Source of the DNA: Mycobacteriales bacterium
GTDB taxonomy: Bacteria; Actinomycetota; Actinomycetes; Mycobacteriales; QHCE01
Length of the DNA: 64,000 bases
Reading direction: 5' to 3'
Assembly (NCBI GenBank): GCA_013362805.1
Contig: JABFVL010000049.1
Span: 692-64,691 of the forward strand
Shown here: piece by piece, positions 37,883 to 47,834 of the stretch
Layout: each line of letters opens with the position of its first letter
Numbering within the stretch: position 1 is the first letter of the stretch
Made by a program: the position numbers and the translations under genes
Notes under the pieces: model-generated
What the model was told of the DNA's origin: nothing
The model's database searches: none
What the model saw: the letters and a program-made list of their open reading frames with translations, nothing else

Positions 37883-39364
37883 TTAGCGGCAAGAAACCTC
37901 GGGCAATGGCGCTGGGCGACCTACTTGTGGAATGCCCAAAGAAACACCAGAAGGCGTGTGCTGGGCTGCTTCCCAAGCGTCTCCGGCAGCTGTGGCGCGC
38001 ACCGATACCAATGGCTCATCGGCCATCAAATAATGCGGAGCCGCATAAGTGATCTTGGTGTTGACGACATCACCCGGACGAATCTGACCTGTAGTGCCAG
38101 CAACGTTGAAGTGAACTAGACGGCCATCGCGGGCCCGACCTGAAAGACGCCCTGTGCCAGCATCTTTTTTACCTTCGCCGGTGGCGACCAAAAGCTCCAC
38201 CTCAGCGCCAATCAATTTCTTATTCTCACTCCAAGAGATCTCTTCTTGCAGTGCGACAAGTCGCTCATACCGCTCTTGCACAACATGTTTTGGCAATTGG
38301 TCGGGCAATTCAGCGGCCGGGGTGCCTGGACGTTTCGAGTACTGGAAAGTGAACGCACTGCTGAAACGCGCTTGCCGCACCACGTCCAAGGTTTGCTCGA
38401 AGTCTTCATCGGTCTCGCCTGGGAAGCCGACAATGATGTCCGTCGTGATGGCGGCATCGGGCATAGCCTGACGAACTCGGTCGAGGATGCCCAAATATTT
38501 CTCGCGCCGGTATGACCGACGCATCGCCTTCAAAACCGCATCTGAGCCCGACTGCAAAGGCATGTGCAGCTGGTGGCACACGTTGGAAGTTTGGGCCATC
38601 GCCTCGATGACATCGTCGGTGAAGTCTTTCGGATGTGGAGAGGTGAAGCGGACTCGCTCCAAACCGTCGATTTGCCCGCAGGCACGCAGCAACTTGCCGA
38701 ACGCTTGTTTATCGCCGAACTCCACGCCGTAGGAATTTACGTTCTGGCCAAGCAAGGTGATCTCCAGAACACCCTCGGCTACCAGGGCTTCCACTTCAGC
38801 AAGCACATCACCCGGTCGGCGGTCTTTCTCTTTACCGCGAAGCGAGGGAACGATGCAAAATGTGCAGGTGTTGTTGCAGCCGACCGAAACCGACACCCAC
38901 GCCGCATACGTTGAATCGCGCCGTGATGGCAGGTTTGAGGGGAAGGTTTCTAGCGCTTCCACAATCTCGACCTGAGCTTCGGCGTTGTGTCGCGCCCGCT
39001 CGAGCAGCACGGGAAGAGCCCCAATGTTGTGGGTGCCAAACACCACGTCAACCCAGGGCGCACGGCGAGTAATTTCCCCACGATCTTTTTGCGCCAGACA
39101 GCCACCAACGGCGATCTGCATGTCAGGATTGCGGTCTTTCGCGGGTCGGAGGTGGCCCAGATTGCCGTACAGCTTGTTGTCGGCGTTCTCGCGCACCGCA
39201 CAGGTATTAAAGACGACCACGTCGGCATCTATGCCCTCGCCAGCACGCTGGTAACCCGCGCTTTCGAGTAGCCCCGCCAAACGCTCGGAGTCGTGGACAT
39301 TCATTTGGCAGCCATATGTACGCACCTGATAGGTGCGGGCCGCTGATTCGATAGTCGTCGTCAT
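37883..39364 (-). CDS. miaB: tRNA (N6-isopentenyl adenosine(37)-C2)-methylthiotransferase
   Basis: 493 aa with the UPF0004 Cys motif ([11 protein letters not shown]), the radical SAM motif [11 protein letters not shown] and a TRAM domain. Confidence 0.95.
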   Translation of the reverse strand: MTTTIESAARTYQVRTYGCQMNVHDSERLAGLLESAGYQRAGEGIDADVVVFNTCAVRENADNKLYGNLGHLRPAKDRNPDMQIAVGGCLAQKDRGEITRRAPWVDVVFGTHNIGALPVLLERARHNAEAQVEIVEALETFPSNLPSRRDSTYAAWVSVSVGCNNTCTFCIVPSLRGKEKDRRPGDVLAEVEALVAEGVLEITLLGQNVNSYGVEFGDKQAFGKLLRACGQIDGLERVRFTSPHPKDFTDDVIEAMAQTSNVCHQLHMPLQSGSDAVLKAMRRSYRREKYLGILDRVRQAMPDAAITTDIIVGFPGETDEDFEQTLDVVRQARFSSAFTFQYSKRPGTPAAELPDQLPKHVVQERYERLVALQEEISWSENKKLIGAEVELLVATGEGKKDAGTGRLSGRARDGRLVHFNVAGTTGQIRPGDVVNTKITYAAPHYLMADEPLVSVRATAAGDAWEAAQHTPSGVSLGIPQVGRPAPLPEVSCR

Positions 39365-39418
39365 AGCTTTCCAAGAATACGGCGCTCGCTCGGCACCACA
39401 TCAGCTGCCCAGCCGACC

Positions 39419-40090
39419 TTACTGGGTGATATCACTTTCGCTTTGTTCCTGAACGGCTTGCCGCACAATGCCGTAAGCGATTTCACCGCCATAGCCCTTC
39501 CTAGCCAAAAATCCAAGAAGCCGACGGGTTTGCACTTCTGGAGCCAAACCAGCCATCCGGGCGATCCGACGACGGACAAGCTCGTGGGCGGTGTCACGTT
39601 CTTTATCGGCGGGCAGGTCTTCGATCGCTTCCTCAATTAGGTGGTCTGGAATGCCGCGCTGTTGAAGCTCACGGGAAAGGTTGCGCTTGGCTAGCCCTTT
39701 GCCACGGTGGCGGGATTCGACCCAACCCCGAGCAAAAGCGGCATCGTCTACCAGTTTGGCTTTCACCAGACGGGCAATCATCACCTCGGCAACGTCTTCC
39801 GGGATTTCCTTTTTCGCCATTGCTTCGCGGAGCTCGAAGGCAGTGCGAGGTCTGCGCTCCAATAGACGCAAGCAGATTGTTCTTGCCGCGCTCAATGGGT
39901 TGCCGCGTCCCCACGCGGGGCGCGGCGACCCATTGCCTTCGGCAGTTGTTTCGTCGTACGAGTGGCTCAAATTCTGAGACGTGTCGTCAAGAATCGAGCC
40001 GTCGAAGCTATCCGATGCTTCGACTCGACGTGCACCAGGTGCACGTCGACGACGGTTCTTACCAGTGGGCTCGCCGAAAGACTGTTTCAT
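39419..40090 (-). CDS. recX: recombination regulator RecX
   Basis: The gene starts 14 nt downstream of recA. RecX repeats are present (ICLRLLERRPRTAFELREAM..., ...RLLGFLARKGYGGEIAYGIV). The N-terminal region is possibly over-extended. Confidence 0.85.
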   Translation of the reverse strand: MKQSFGEPTGKNRRRRAPGARRVEASDSFDGSILDDTSQNLSHSYDETTAEGNGSPRPAWGRGNPLSAARTICLRLLERRPRTAFELREAMAKKEIPEDVAEVMIARLVKAKLVDDAAFARGWVESRHRGKGLAKRNLSRELQQRGIPDHLIEEAIEDLPADKERDTAHELVRRRIARMAGLAPEVQTRRLLGFLARKGYGGEIAYGIVRQAVQEQSESDITQ

Positions 40091-40104
40091 GAGATTGACA
40101 GTGG

Positions 40105-41136
40105 TTAGAACCCTGCTTCAGCCGGCGCGTCCGCAGCCACTTCACTGCCGATGCCGAGCTTTTCTTTGATCTTCTTTTCGATCTCGTTCGCCAAATCTGG
40201 ATTATCAAGCAAGAATTTGCGCACATTTTCCTTGCCTTGACCCAGCTGGTCACCATCGTAGGTGTACCAAGCCCCAGACTTGCGAATGAGACCCTGTTCC
40301 ACACCGACATCAATGAGCGAACCTTCTCGGCTGATGCCTCGGCCATACACAATGTCAAATTCCGCCTGCTTGAAGGGCGGAGCCACCTTGTTTTTCACAA
40401 CCTTGACTCGAGTGCGGTTCGCTACCGCGTCCCCGCCATCTTTCAAAGTTTCAATGCGCCGCACATCTAGACGCACAGATGAGTAGAACTTCAAAGCTCG
40501 CCCACCTGTGGTGGTTTCGGGCGAGCCAAACATGACACCGATCTTCTCACGAAGCTGGTTAATGAAAATCGCGGTTGTACCAGCGTTGTTCAAAGCGCTG
40601 GTGAGCTTGCGGAGCGCTTGGCTCATCAAGCGGGCTTGGAGACCGACGTGGCTATCACCCATGTCGCCCTCAATTTCAGCCCGGGGGACCAAAGCCGCGA
40701 CTGAGTCGATAACAATGATGTCCAAAGCACCGGAGCGAATAAGCATGTCGGTGATTTCTAGCGCCTGCTCACCAGTGTCAGGTTGAGAAACCAGGAGGGC
40801 ATCGGTGTCAACACCTAGCGCTTTGGCGTATTCGGGGTCCAGTGCGTGTTCCGCGTCGATAAACGCCGCGATGCCGCCAGCGGCTTGAGCGCTAGCCACA
40901 GCATGCAACGCGACAGTGGTTTTACCGGAGCTTTCCGGACCATAAATCTCAATGACACGGCCACGGGGCAAACCGCCAACACCAAGGGCGGCATCCAAGG
41001 CAATGGAGCCAGTGGGAATCACGGCCATAGGTGGGCGCTCGTCTTCGCCCAAACGCATGATTGAGCCTTTGCCGAATTGTTTATCGATCTGCGCGAGCGC
41101 GATTTCCAGCGCCTTGCCACGATCCGGTGCTGCCAT
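40105..41136 (-). CDS. recA: recombinase RecA
   Basis: Start is the ATG at 41136 ([29 protein letters not shown]). Walker A is GPESSGKTT. No intein is present. Confidence 0.97.
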   Translation of the reverse strand: MAAPDRGKALEIALAQIDKQFGKGSIMRLGEDERPPMAVIPTGSIALDAALGVGGLPRGRVIEIYGPESSGKTTVALHAVASAQAAGGIAAFIDAEHALDPEYAKALGVDTDALLVSQPDTGEQALEITDMLIRSGALDIIVIDSVAALVPRAEIEGDMGDSHVGLQARLMSQALRKLTSALNNAGTTAIFINQLREKIGVMFGSPETTTGGRALKFYSSVRLDVRRIETLKDGGDAVANRTRVKVVKNKVAPPFKQAEFDIVYGRGISREGSLIDVGVEQGLIRKSGAWYTYDGDQLGQGKENVRKFLLDNPDLANEIEKKIKEKLGIGSEVAADAPAEAGF

Positions 41137-41236
41137 TGTTGTCGCCCCTACCTGTCTGCGTCTTAAATGGACGATTGCGCTCGCCCAATGCCTAAATACC
41201 AACACAACTCAACTTCAGCGGCTGGCCGTCGTCCAC

Positions 41237-41259
41237 AACCTAAGGCAGAGGTGCGACAG
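41237..41259 (-). promoter_or_regulatory. RecA-NDp (PafBC-type) promoter motif upstream of recA
   Basis: The minus strand reads cTGTCGcac-CTCTGCCT-TAGGTT. It fits tTGTCRgtg-N8-TAnnnT with exact spacing and lies about 100 nt upstream of the recA ATG. Confidence 0.65.
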
Positions 41260-41310
41260 AAACATCCCCATCTCACCTAAGCAGGCGCGTCACCAACACG
41301 ACCACTATAA

Positions 41311-41326
41311 CCGAACACCTGTTCGA
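41311..41326 (-). promoter_or_regulatory. LexA SOS box upstream of recA
   Basis: The minus strand reads TCGAACAGGTGTTCGG, one mismatch from TCGAAC-N4-GTTCGA. A TATAGT -10-like hexamer abuts it at 41304-41309. Confidence 0.8.
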
Positions 41327-41364
41327 TTCCGAGTATTGACGCACCACGTAAGCAACATCGCAAC

Positions 41365-42093
41365 TTAATCTTTGGGAGGCTCAACCGGACCAGACGCCAC
41401 TGCTGCCCGACGTCGCCGCCAGAAGCGCAAGCCCACTTCAACACCAACGCCGACAATAACGACCAAAACAATCGCATAGATCGCCCAGCGCAACGATGCC
41501 TGCGGCCCATGATCGCGAGCCTTGGCAGTCAACTCCACTGGCTCGGACAGCGTAGGACGCCAGATAGCTGAGCGCTTATCAGCTTCACCATTGGTTTCCA
41601 GGACCTCACCGGGAAAGACAAACTTCACCCGAACCTGCGCGTTCTGCGCAATCTCAGGGGTTATCGGCCCCCGGAACAGGCTCTTATCGCCCAGGTCAGC
41701 AGTCAACTTGAGCGAAAAATCGCCGCCCTCATGCGTGAGTGACACCGCGACATTGCCGGTGGAGCCGTTGAACTCATCCAATGGAACGTTCCGGAAACGC
41801 ACCATCACACCCAGGAAACGAGCATCTTCATAACGCTTTCGGACAACAGTGCCCTTGGCGGGGTCAATCGAGAGAGGGGTGTTGAAGGTCGAGTTGTCTT
41901 CGACATTGTCAGCCATCTGCTCAAGAAACTCTTCTTCGCTCAAGCCCATCCGGGTTACCGAGTCGCGGTCAATAGCGAACACCATGCGCCCGCTGATTCG
42001 TTCTCCTTGAACCCCAGGCACACTCGCGCAGCCCCCTAACGTCAGCAGGACTAGTGTCAGCGCTCCGGTTAGCCGAATGATGTTGCGTTTCAC
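41365..42093 (-). CDS. putative lipoprotein with C-terminal TM anchor (LppM/DUF3153-like)
   Basis: GTG at 42093 overlaps the DUF3046 stop (GTGA). The product begins VKRNIIRLTGALTLVLLTLGGCASVPG, a lipobox, and ends with a hydrophobic helix plus RFWRRRR. The family call is tentative. Confidence 0.55.
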   Translation of the reverse strand: MKRNIIRLTGALTLVLLTLGGCASVPGVQGERISGRMVFAIDRDSVTRMGLSEEEFLEQMADNVEDNSTFNTPLSIDPAKGTVVRKRYEDARFLGVMVRFRNVPLDEFNGSTGNVAVSLTHEGGDFSLKLTADLGDKSLFRGPITPEIAQNAQVRVKFVFPGEVLETNGEADKRSAIWRPTLSEPVELTAKARDHGPQASLRWAIYAIVLVVIVGVGVEVGLRFWRRRRAAVASGPVEPPKD

Positions 42094-42284
42094 CGACGAT
42101 TCTCCGGTATCTGATAGACCTCGCATACCGCGAGCCACACTTGTTTAGGTTCCACACCATCGTTAAGCGCAGCCGAGACCGTCCGGCCACCCAACTGGCT
42201 GAGCGTCTGGTCCACCGCCACAGATTCGGCGTAGACGGGACCGAATTGCGTGCGCATCCGGTTCCAAAATTCACTCAGCTTCAC
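42090..42284 (-). CDS. DUF3046 domain protein
   Basis: 64 aa (MKLSEFWNRMRTQFGPVYAESVAVDQTLSQLGGRT...). This small protein is conserved upstream of recA in actinobacteria. Confidence 0.8.
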   Translation of the reverse strand: MKLSEFWNRMRTQFGPVYAESVAVDQTLSQLGGRTVSAALNDGVEPKQVWLAVCEVYQIPENRR

Positions 42285-42363
42285 AAGGCCTCACCCTAGT
42301 GCGCGAGTGCTACGAAGCGTTGCCCACCCAGAAGCCGCAGGTAAGAGCACCAAAATTGGCGTT

Positions 42364-42386
42364 TTGTCGTACCCGTGTCGCAGAAT
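42364..42386 (+). promoter_or_regulatory. RecA-NDp-like motif upstream of lhr
   Basis: TTGTCGtac-CCGTGTCG-CAGAAT has the correct spacing for tTGTCRgtg-N8-TAnnnT but an imperfect -10. It ends 30 nt before the lhr ATG. Confidence 0.45.
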
Positions 42387-42416
42387 TGCCTAAATAATCA
42401 ACTCAAAGGGGGCGCT

Positions 42417-45400
42417 ATGACACTATCGGCCTTCGCCCCCGCTACCCAGGCCTGGTTCGCCAGCACACTCGGCACGCCCACCAAAGCTCAAGAGCAGGCA
42501 TGGAAGGCCATTGCCACTGGCGCCCATAGCTTGGTCGTCGCACCCACTGGATCGGGCAAAACCCTTGCGGCCTTCCTTGGCGCCCTCGATCGGCTGCTCG
42601 CCAGTCCTGCCTCAGACGAGGCCAGCACCCGTTGTCGGGTCTTGTACGTCAGCCCGTTGAAAGCGCTGGCCGCTGACATCGATCGCAACCTACGCGGACC
42701 ACTAGCTGGAATCGGCGCCCACGCTAGACGGCGCGGAGAGCACGTGCGTCCACTGCATATCGCCACCCGAACCGGTGACACCACACCGACCGCGCGTCGG
42801 GCATTCGCCAATCGCGGTGCCGATATCATGATCACGACCCCCGAATCGTTGTTTCTTCTTCTCACATCGGCCGCCCGGGAAAACCTTCGCGGCATAGACA
42901 CTGTCATCGTCGATGAAATTCACGCCGTTGCCGCATCCAAACGCGGTGCCCACCTGGCGGTGAGTTTGGAACGTCTGGACGCTCTGCTTCCCAAGCCCGC
43001 TCAACGCATCGGCTTGTCCGCCACAGTGCGTCCACTGAGTGAAATCACCGAACTGCTGGGCGGTGGTAACCCAGTCACAGTTGTGTCGCCGCGCAGCACA
43101 AAACAATTGAATTTGACGGTCAGTGTTCCCCTTGCCGACATGACCGATCTGGGCGGCCGAGACGATGAAAGGTCCATCTGGCCCTCGGTCGAAGGGGAAA
43201 TCTACCAACATATTCGCGCGCACCGCAGCACCATCGTCTTTGTTAACTCGCGACTGCGCGCTGAACGCCTTTGTGCCCGCTTGAACGAACGCGCGGCAAC
43301 TGACTGGGAACCCTCGCCCGTCGCACACTTGCCCGCGCAGATGATGGCCCAGTCACCCAGCGCCTTGGGCGCACCACCCACCATCGCTCGTGCACATCAC
43401 GGTTCGGTCAGTGGGCAAGCGCGCCGCGACATCGAAGAAGCGCTCAAAGCTGGTCGACTTCCCGCAGTAGTCGCTACATCCAGTTTGGAACTGGGCATCG
43501 ACATGGGCGCGGTAGACCTCGTGATTCAAGTGGAGGCCCCACCTTCAGTGGCCTCCGGAATGCAGCGGGTAGGTCGTGCAGGCCACCAAGTCGGCGCGCC
43601 ATCCACCGGAATCATGTTCCCCAAACACCGCACCGATGTGCTCCACTGCGCCGTGCTAGCCGAACGAATGAACAATGGACAGCTGGAAGCTTTGCATTAC
43701 CCCCGCAACCCGTTGGATGTGCTAGCACAGCACATCATCGCCATGGTGAGCATGGACCCTTGGAATCGAGACGCGCTGGCCAGTTTGGTGCGACGAGCCG
43801 CACCCTTCACTCATCTGGGTGAACGGGCTCTGGACAGTGTCTTGGACATGTTGACCGGCAGATATCCAAGCGACGACTTCGCCCAGTTGCGCCCCAGAGT
43901 TGTGTGGAACCGCGAACAAAACCTGTTGACGGCGCGTCCAGGCGCGCATGGGGTGGCCGTCACTTCCGGTGGCACTATCGCCGATCGTGGATATTACGGT
44001 GTCTATCTCAGCGAGGGTAATCAACAAAGCGGCAAGCGTATCGGTGAGCTCGAAGAAGAAATGGTGTACGAATCCCGTATTGGTGATGTCTTCCTGCTGG
44101 GCTCCTCGACCTGGCGTATCGCCGAGATCACCCCGGACCGTGTTCTAGTAACTCCAGCACCTGGACAAGCGGCCCGCATGCCATTTTGGAAGGGTGACGG
44201 CCCGGGACGGCCCGTGGAGCTTGGGCGAGCAATTGGTGAGTTCACCCGAGAAATCGCAAACGCCAACTCATCCGAGCGCTTGGTGAAAGCGGGGCTCGAC
44301 GAGAACGCGCAAGTCAACCTGCAAGAACATTTGGCACAGCAAAAAGCGTCCACAGGTGTGCTTCCGGATGATCGAGCAATCGTGGTCGAACGATTCCGCG
44401 ATCAGGTAGGAGACTGGCGGGTCATTGTTCACTCTGTTTTTGGCGCTCCCGTCAATGGGGCTTGGAGCATGGCGATCCGTGCCCGTCTCCGGGAACAATT
44501 CGGTTTCGACGCTCAGGTGATGCACACCGATGATGCGATCGTGCTTCGACTTCCCGACATGGACGCCATACCTGGCGCCGGTTTCGTCCGTTTCGAATCA
44601 CAAGAAATACGTGATCTAGTCACTGCCGAACTTGCCGGCTCGCCGATGTTCGCCGCGCGCTTCCGCGAATGCGCCGCGCGGGCCTTGCTGCTGCCCAAGC
44701 AACGACCCGGCAAACGCATGCCGCTGTGGCAACAACGTCACAGATCAGCGCAACTGTTGCAGGTGGCGGAAAAATTTCCCGACTTCCCCATCGTCGCTGA
44801 AGCGGCACGGGAGTGTTTGCAAGACGTCTTCGATATCACCGCGCTCGCATCCATCATGGATGATCTACACACCGGCGACATCAGCATCTTCGAAGTAGAA
44901 ACTCCTAGCCCCTCTCCTTTTTCTCGATCCGCATTGATGGCGTACTTGGGCGCGTTCCTTTATGGAGATGACCTACCGCTTGCCGAACGACGAGCCGCCG
45001 CGCTAGAAGTGAATCCGGAGCTACTCGCCGAACTTCTTGGCACTGATGACGCCAATGAACTGATCGGCCCCCACATCGCCGAAGAATTGGCTGGGTATTT
45101 GCAATGGCTCACGCCCTCCCGCCATGCCACCGATCTCGAATCAACTATTGATCTGCTCCGAGATGTCGGCGCATTGACCACACCGCAGGCGCGAGAACGC
45201 GGGGTTGCCACCCAGTGGCTTCTCGACCTTCGCGCCGCCGGTCGAATCTGGCGATATGACGCCGCCGGAGCGCAACACTGGGCTGTGGTGGAAGACGCGG
45301 GTCGGATTCATGCGGCTCTCGGCGTTGCCCTGCCAGCGGAGATCCCCGCGAGCTTGAGAGTACCTGGTGACAACCCAGCTGAAGCTCTTGTAGCGCGATT

Positions 45401-46787
45401 TGCTCGCACTCACACTACGTTCAGCGCGGCTGACTGTGCATCTCGCCTACATCTACCTGAAGAGACAGTTCGTGCCCAGCTCAGCGAACTCGCGGCCAAC
45501 GGCACGCTCGTCGAGGTGGGCGAGAATCGCTGGTGTCACACCCAGGTATGGAGGTTGCTGCGCAGACGCTCGCTCCAAGCCTTGCGCAAAGAAATCGAAC
45601 CAGTATCACAAAACACCTTCGTGGCCTTTGCCCAGCATTGGCGTCAGACCGAGGAACACGAAGCGATCTACACGCTGGAAGGCGCGCCTCTGCTCGCTTC
45701 GGCGTTGGAGACACAACTCCTTCCGGCGCGCACCGAGAACTACCATCCCAGTGTTTTGGATGAACTAACCGGCACCGGCGAGTTGCTGTGGACTGGGCAA
45801 GGCGCCCTCGGCGATAACGATGGTTGGATCGTTATCGCGAGCGCAGAAACCGCACCACTATTGTTCCCGGAACCATCGGAAGAACCCACGGGAGAAGTTC
45901 ACCAAAACATTCTGCGGGCACTGACCGAACACGGCGCGATGTTCTTTCGAGAGCTCAGTTCAACAATCAGCACAGAATATGGCCCCGGCGCCACAGTCAC
46001 AGCGCTCTGGGACCTGGTGTGGAGCGGTCACCTCACCTGCGACACTGTGGCGCCACTGCGGGCGCTGATTGGCCCGGGGCGCCGAGCCTCCCAACCTGGC
46101 CGCCCCCAACGGCTCGGGCGCCGACCCAGGCTGGTCACCGCTCCAGCCCAAGTAGCTGGACGGTGGGCGCTCACACCCATCCGTGACCTGGACCCCACTC
46201 GGCGGGCTCACGCACGTGCGCAAACGTTGCTGGCTCGGCACGGCATCATCACTCGAGGCACCTTGACCTCCGAACGGATGAGCGGCGGATTCAACGCGCT
46301 CTATCCGGTGCTTTCGGGGATGGAACAGGCCGGGCAGATCCGACGCGGGTATTTTGTTGACGGTTTGGGTGGCTTGCAGTTCGCCAGCTCAGAGGCCGTG
46401 GAAGAACTGCGTCGGCACCATGACGATTCCGACCTTTCGCTGTCTGTGTTGTCCGCTGTGGACCCAGCGAGCCCGTTCGGCGCCGCGCTCGCATGGCCGT
46501 CAACACAGGGAGAGCACCGACCCGGTCGAAGACCTGGCGCGCTTGTGTTGTGTCGCGGCCAGGAGCCGATCGCATTTCTCGAACGTGGCGGACGTACCCT
46601 TTTGACTTTCAACAACGCGGACGCCACGACTATCGTCGAGGCATTGCGGCAAGCGGTGCTGCAGGGAAGCCTTAACGAACTGGCGCTAGAAACCATCGAT
46701 GGACAGAGCGTTCACGAATCGGCTCTGCGCGGCGCCCTGCTCGACGCACAGTTCCGCACGACCCCTAAAGCGATACGTTTTCCTTAG
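42417..46787 (+). CDS. lhr: ATP-dependent helicase Lhr (large helicase-related protein)
   Basis: ATG at 42417 follows AGGGGG. Motif I is VVAPTGSGKTLAAFL and motif II is VDEIH. The ~1456-aa length, with a long C-terminal extension, is typical of Lhr. Confidence 0.9.
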   Translation: MTLSAFAPATQAWFASTLGTPTKAQEQAWKAIATGAHSLVVAPTGSGKTLAAFLGALDRLLASPASDEASTRCRVLYVSPLKALAADIDRNLRGPLAGIGAHARRRGEHVRPLHIATRTGDTTPTARRAFANRGADIMITTPESLFLLLTSAARENLRGIDTVIVDEIHAVAASKRGAHLAVSLERLDALLPKPAQRIGLSATVRPLSEITELLGGGNPVTVVSPRSTKQLNLTVSVPLADMTDLGGRDDERSIWPSVEGEIYQHIRAHRSTIVFVNSRLRAERLCARLNERAATDWEPSPVAHLPAQMMAQSPSALGAPPTIARAHHGSVSGQARRDIEEALKAGRLPAVVATSSLELGIDMGAVDLVIQVEAPPSVASGMQRVGRAGHQVGAPSTGIMFPKHRTDVLHCAVLAERMNNGQLEALHYPRNPLDVLAQHIIAMVSMDPWNRDALASLVRRAAPFTHLGERALDSVLDMLTGRYPSDDFAQLRPRVVWNREQNLLTARPGAHGVAVTSGGTIADRGYYGVYLSEGNQQSGKRIGELEEEMVYESRIGDVFLLGSSTWRIAEITPDRVLVTPAPGQAARMPFWKGDGPGRPVELGRAIGEFTREIANANSSERLVKAGLDENAQVNLQEHLAQQKASTGVLPDDRAIVVERFRDQVGDWRVIVHSVFGAPVNGAWSMAIRARLREQFGFDAQVMHTDDAIVLRLPDMDAIPGAGFVRFESQEIRDLVTAELAGSPMFAARFRECAARALLLPKQRPGKRMPLWQQRHRSAQLLQVAEKFPDFPIVAEAARECLQDVFDITALASIMDDLHTGDISIFEVETPSPSPFSRSALMAYLGAFLYGDDLPLAERRAAALEVNPELLAELLGTDDANELIGPHIAEELAGYLQWLTPSRHATDLESTIDLLRDVGALTTPQARERGVATQWLLDLRAAGRIWRYDAAGAQHWAVVEDAGRIHAALGVALPAEIPASLRVPGDNPAEALVARFARTHTTFSAADCASRLHLPEETVRAQLSELAANGTLVEVGENRWCHTQVWRLLRRRSLQALRKEIEPVSQNTFVAFAQHWRQTEEHEAIYTLEGAPLLASALETQLLPARTENYHPSVLDELTGTGELLWTGQGALGDNDGWIVIASAETAPLLFPEPSEEPTGEVHQNILRALTEHGAMFFRELSSTISTEYGPGATVTALWDLVWSGHLTCDTVAPLRALIGPGRRASQPGRPQRLGRRPRLVTAPAQVAGRWALTPIRDLDPTRRAHARAQTLLARHGIITRGTLTSERMSGGFNALYPVLSGMEQAGQIRRGYFVDGLGGLQFASSEAVEELRRHHDDSDLSLSVLSAVDPASPFGAALAWPSTQGEHRPGRRPGALVLCRGQEPIAFLERGGRTLLTFNNADATTIVEALRQAVLQGSLNELALETIDGQSVHESALRGALLDAQFRTTPKAIRFP

Positions 46788-46948
46788 AGAGCATGCTGGG
46801 GCCGGTCAACAACCTGAACTACCGCGATTGACTTGTACCGTGACTTCTTCTTTTTCTTTTTGTGCCCGTCATCATCGCTATCCCCACAACCGGCGATCGC
46901 AATGGCAAGCGCCGCCCCGATAGCGACCAACACGCTAACTTTTCGCAT
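46784..46948 (-). CDS. putative mini-lipoprotein (54 aa)
   Basis: ATG at 46948 follows GGAG. MRKVSVLVAIGAALAIAIAGCGDSDDDGHKKKKKKSRYK has a lipobox (IAGC) followed by an acidic run and a hexa-lysine run. The gene overlaps the lhr 3' end by 4 nt. Confidence 0.4.
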   Translation of the reverse strand: MRKVSVLVAIGAALAIAIAGCGDSDDDGHKKKKKKSRYKSIAVVQVVDRPQHAL

Positions 46949-46961
46949 TTCAATACTCCAA

Positions 46962-47834
46962 CTAACAGTTGTGTGGCAATTGTTCCAGCGGTGTTTGAGG
47001 ATCATAAACCTTGTCGGTGCTGGATTCTTTACCCTTGTTCGTAACGGTCTTCGGCAAAGCGATCATGCCTTCTTTGGCCAGCTCACAGTCCATATTGAAT
47101 ACATACTGAGAGCCGTCCCCAGGACGCAAACCCCGATCTTCCGGCAAAAAGCCCTTGTCTGGGTACCATTCGTATTGCTCTTGGCTATGCACAACAACAA
47201 CCCGGCCCCCCGGACCTTTGCTGGCTTCCTCATCAGTGGGGCCATTCAACGCATATGCCCACACGAAGTCAGCGGATACCACCAATTGATTCAAGTCGCC
47301 CACGGTCACGGTCATCGCGCCTTTTACCCTGGGCGCCTCGGCAAGCGTGTAGCCAGGCGCCAAGCGAGTGATGTATCCAAGAGCTTGTTCTGTTTCGAGT
47401 TTTTCGCCGCTGAATGTCCGTGCCGATTCGGAAAGCTGCTCCAAGTATGGCGCCGTGTCACCGGCAAGAACCCGGTCGTCGAGTCTGGCGGTAATCAGTA
47501 AATTTTTTGTGCGTTCCTGAACATCGGCGACTTGTTCCGGAGTCCACTCCCCTACCTGGGCCGGAGCGGGCACCACGATCCCTTCAGCACCCTGCGCATA
47601 GGTAACAGCTGGCGTCTCCCCATAGGGGCCCAAATTCGCTTTCTTGATCTCCTGGGCGGTCTCACGCTGCTCTCGATGCACTTCTTCTGCCGTTGCCATC
47701 GAGAGAAAAAGCGAACGGATCGCCAGGACACCGGCGGGCACAAGCAGCAAAATGACCAGCGCGGTAATGAACAATCGTTTGGCTCGGTAACGGCCGGCCG
47801 TGCCCGGGCTTCTTAGGCGGAACCGGTATTGCAT
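46962..47834 (-). CDS. hypothetical N-terminally anchored extracytoplasmic protein
   Basis: ATG at 47834 overlaps the TetR stop (TAATG). MQYRFRLRSPGTAGRYRAKRLFITALVILLLVPAGVLAI is a TM anchor, followed by a ~250-aa soluble domain. No family is recognised. Confidence 0.55.
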   Translation of the reverse strand: MQYRFRLRSPGTAGRYRAKRLFITALVILLLVPAGVLAIRSLFLSMATAEEVHREQRETAQEIKKANLGPYGETPAVTYAQGAEGIVVPAPAQVGEWTPEQVADVQERTKNLLITARLDDRVLAGDTAPYLEQLSESARTFSGEKLETEQALGYITRLAPGYTLAEAPRVKGAMTVTVGDLNQLVVSADFVWAYALNGPTDEEASKGPGGRVVVVHSQEQYEWYPDKGFLPEDRGLRPGDGSQYVFNMDCELAKEGMIALPKTVTNKGKESSTDKVYDPQTPLEQLPHNC

